Below the pieces are notes generated by a model. That model saw nothing but the letters and a program-made list of their open reading frames with translations. It was not told the origin of the DNA and searched no databases. Below, piece after piece: positions 63,329-64,000 of a stretch of 64,000 nt of DNA. Every line of letters starts with the position of its first letter. Position 1 is the stretch's first letter. The stretch lies in contig JAGWJP010000002.1 in the NCBI GenBank assembly GCA_028865725.1, positions 40,050 to 104,049 on the forward strand, given 5' to 3'. The translations under genes and the position numbers were made by a program. This DNA comes from Patescibacteria group bacterium. Lineage in GTDB: Bacteria; Patescibacteriota; Minisyncoccia; UBA6257; JACRHW01.

Positions 63329-63595
63329 ATGGATACTCAAAAAACAACACAATCAAAGCGGAATACTTCAAATGTGATTGCGATTCTCGGCATAATCCTC
63401 ATTCTTGTCGGAATCTGGTATGCCTATGCGCATCGCGCCACTCGTTCTCCTTCCGCAAGCCCTGTCGATGTGGGCACAGCACTTACCCCGGGCAACACTA
63501 CCACCGATATACAGAATGACTTAAACACAACACCTAGCCCCGATGTCCCGAATGCGGAACTTAATAAACTCAATAGTAATCTCCGCGCATTCTAA
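63329..63595 (+). CDS. Small single-TM hypothetical protein
   Basis: One TM helix; co-oriented and 20 nt after the previous gene. Confidence 0.6.
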   Translation: MDTQKTTQSKRNTSNVIAILGIILILVGIWYAYAHRATRSPSASPVDVGTALTPGNTTTDIQNDLNTTPSPDVPNAELNKLNSNLRAF

Positions 63596-63600
63596 GCCTA

Positions 63601-63629
63601 AAACCCGAGCACGAATGCTCGGGTTTTTT
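63601..63629. terminator. Bidirectional intrinsic terminator
   Basis: AAACCCGAGCA-CGAA-TGCTCGGGTTTTTT. Confidence 0.8.
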
Positions 63630-63649
63630 ATATCCTCTGCACACGACTT

Positions 63650-64000
63650 TCATTTTTTAAGTCTAAAACTTTGAAACGCGCGCAAAGGGATCAGCACGCA
63701 TTCCTCTCGCACGCCCTCCACAGGAAATCCTAGCAGTTTCAACAGTCTCTCCCGATTCCATTCCTTTAATTCGGCTACCGGCTTGCCTATACATTTTTTT
63801 GCAAGAAGAGAAGACGCAAGGCGTGAAAGAAAACATCCATACCCATCAAATCCGATATCCTTTACCTCTCCCTCCTCTATTAAAAAATAGAACGTAAGCC
63901 CGTCGCCGCACATGTCATTCATACGAGAAATCTTCCGTGTCGGAGCAGAAAGCACATGTTCGTGAGGCAACTTATTTAGCTTATACTTCGAAAGATATTG
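63650..64000 (-). CDS. SufU/IscU-type Fe-S scaffold protein; start lies beyond the right edge
   Basis: NDMCGD, FDGYGCFLS, REECV; frame is open to 64000. Confidence 0.8.
   Translation of the reverse strand, partial: QYLSKYKLNKLPHEHVLSAPTRKISRMNDMCGDGLTFYFLIEEGEVKDIGFDGYGCFLSRLASSLLAKKCIGKPVAELKEWNRERLLKLLGFPVEGVREECVLIPLRAFQSFRLKK

Overview
This is a gene-dense bacterial chromosomal window read in genetic code 11. Gene content and style point, by inference, to a CPR/Patescibacteria (Parcubacteria-like) genome: split transketolase, glycolysis/pentose-phosphate cluster, core genes without Shine-Dalgarno (SD) sites, and giant Ser/Thr-rich surface proteins with peptidoglycan-binding domains. Core genes include rpmE, prfA, rplY, a gap-rpiB-rpe-tkt-pfkB-fba cluster, redox genes, an S-layer-like protein, clpB, htrA, an atypical F-type ATPase operon with no delta subunit, hppA, lemA-htpX, three tRNAs and a CsoR/CopB copper cluster. 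The most unusual signals are: (1) a structured non-coding element sitting directly behind tRNA-Glu and tRNA-Ala. It carries an antisense copy of the tRNA T-arm and ends in a duplicated tRNA 3' end; it is empty at tRNA-Glu and brackets 6.4 kb of cargo at tRNA-Ala, with no integrase in view. (2) An orphan gene resembling a target of a diversity-generating retroelement (DGR), with an A-depleted C-terminus and two in-frame TAA stops, inserted in the sugar operon. (3) An ATP synthase a-subunit with a duplicated pair of C-terminal helices that lacks the essential Arg. (4) Two recurrent leader motifs: AGGTCG in hairpin loops, and a boxA-like 12-mer before accessory genes. (5) A TrpR/YerC-SLOG-PRTase unit under a perfect 24-bp palindrome, inside a broader group of nucleotide-processing genes. 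All calls come from reading the sequence by eye; no database searches were run.
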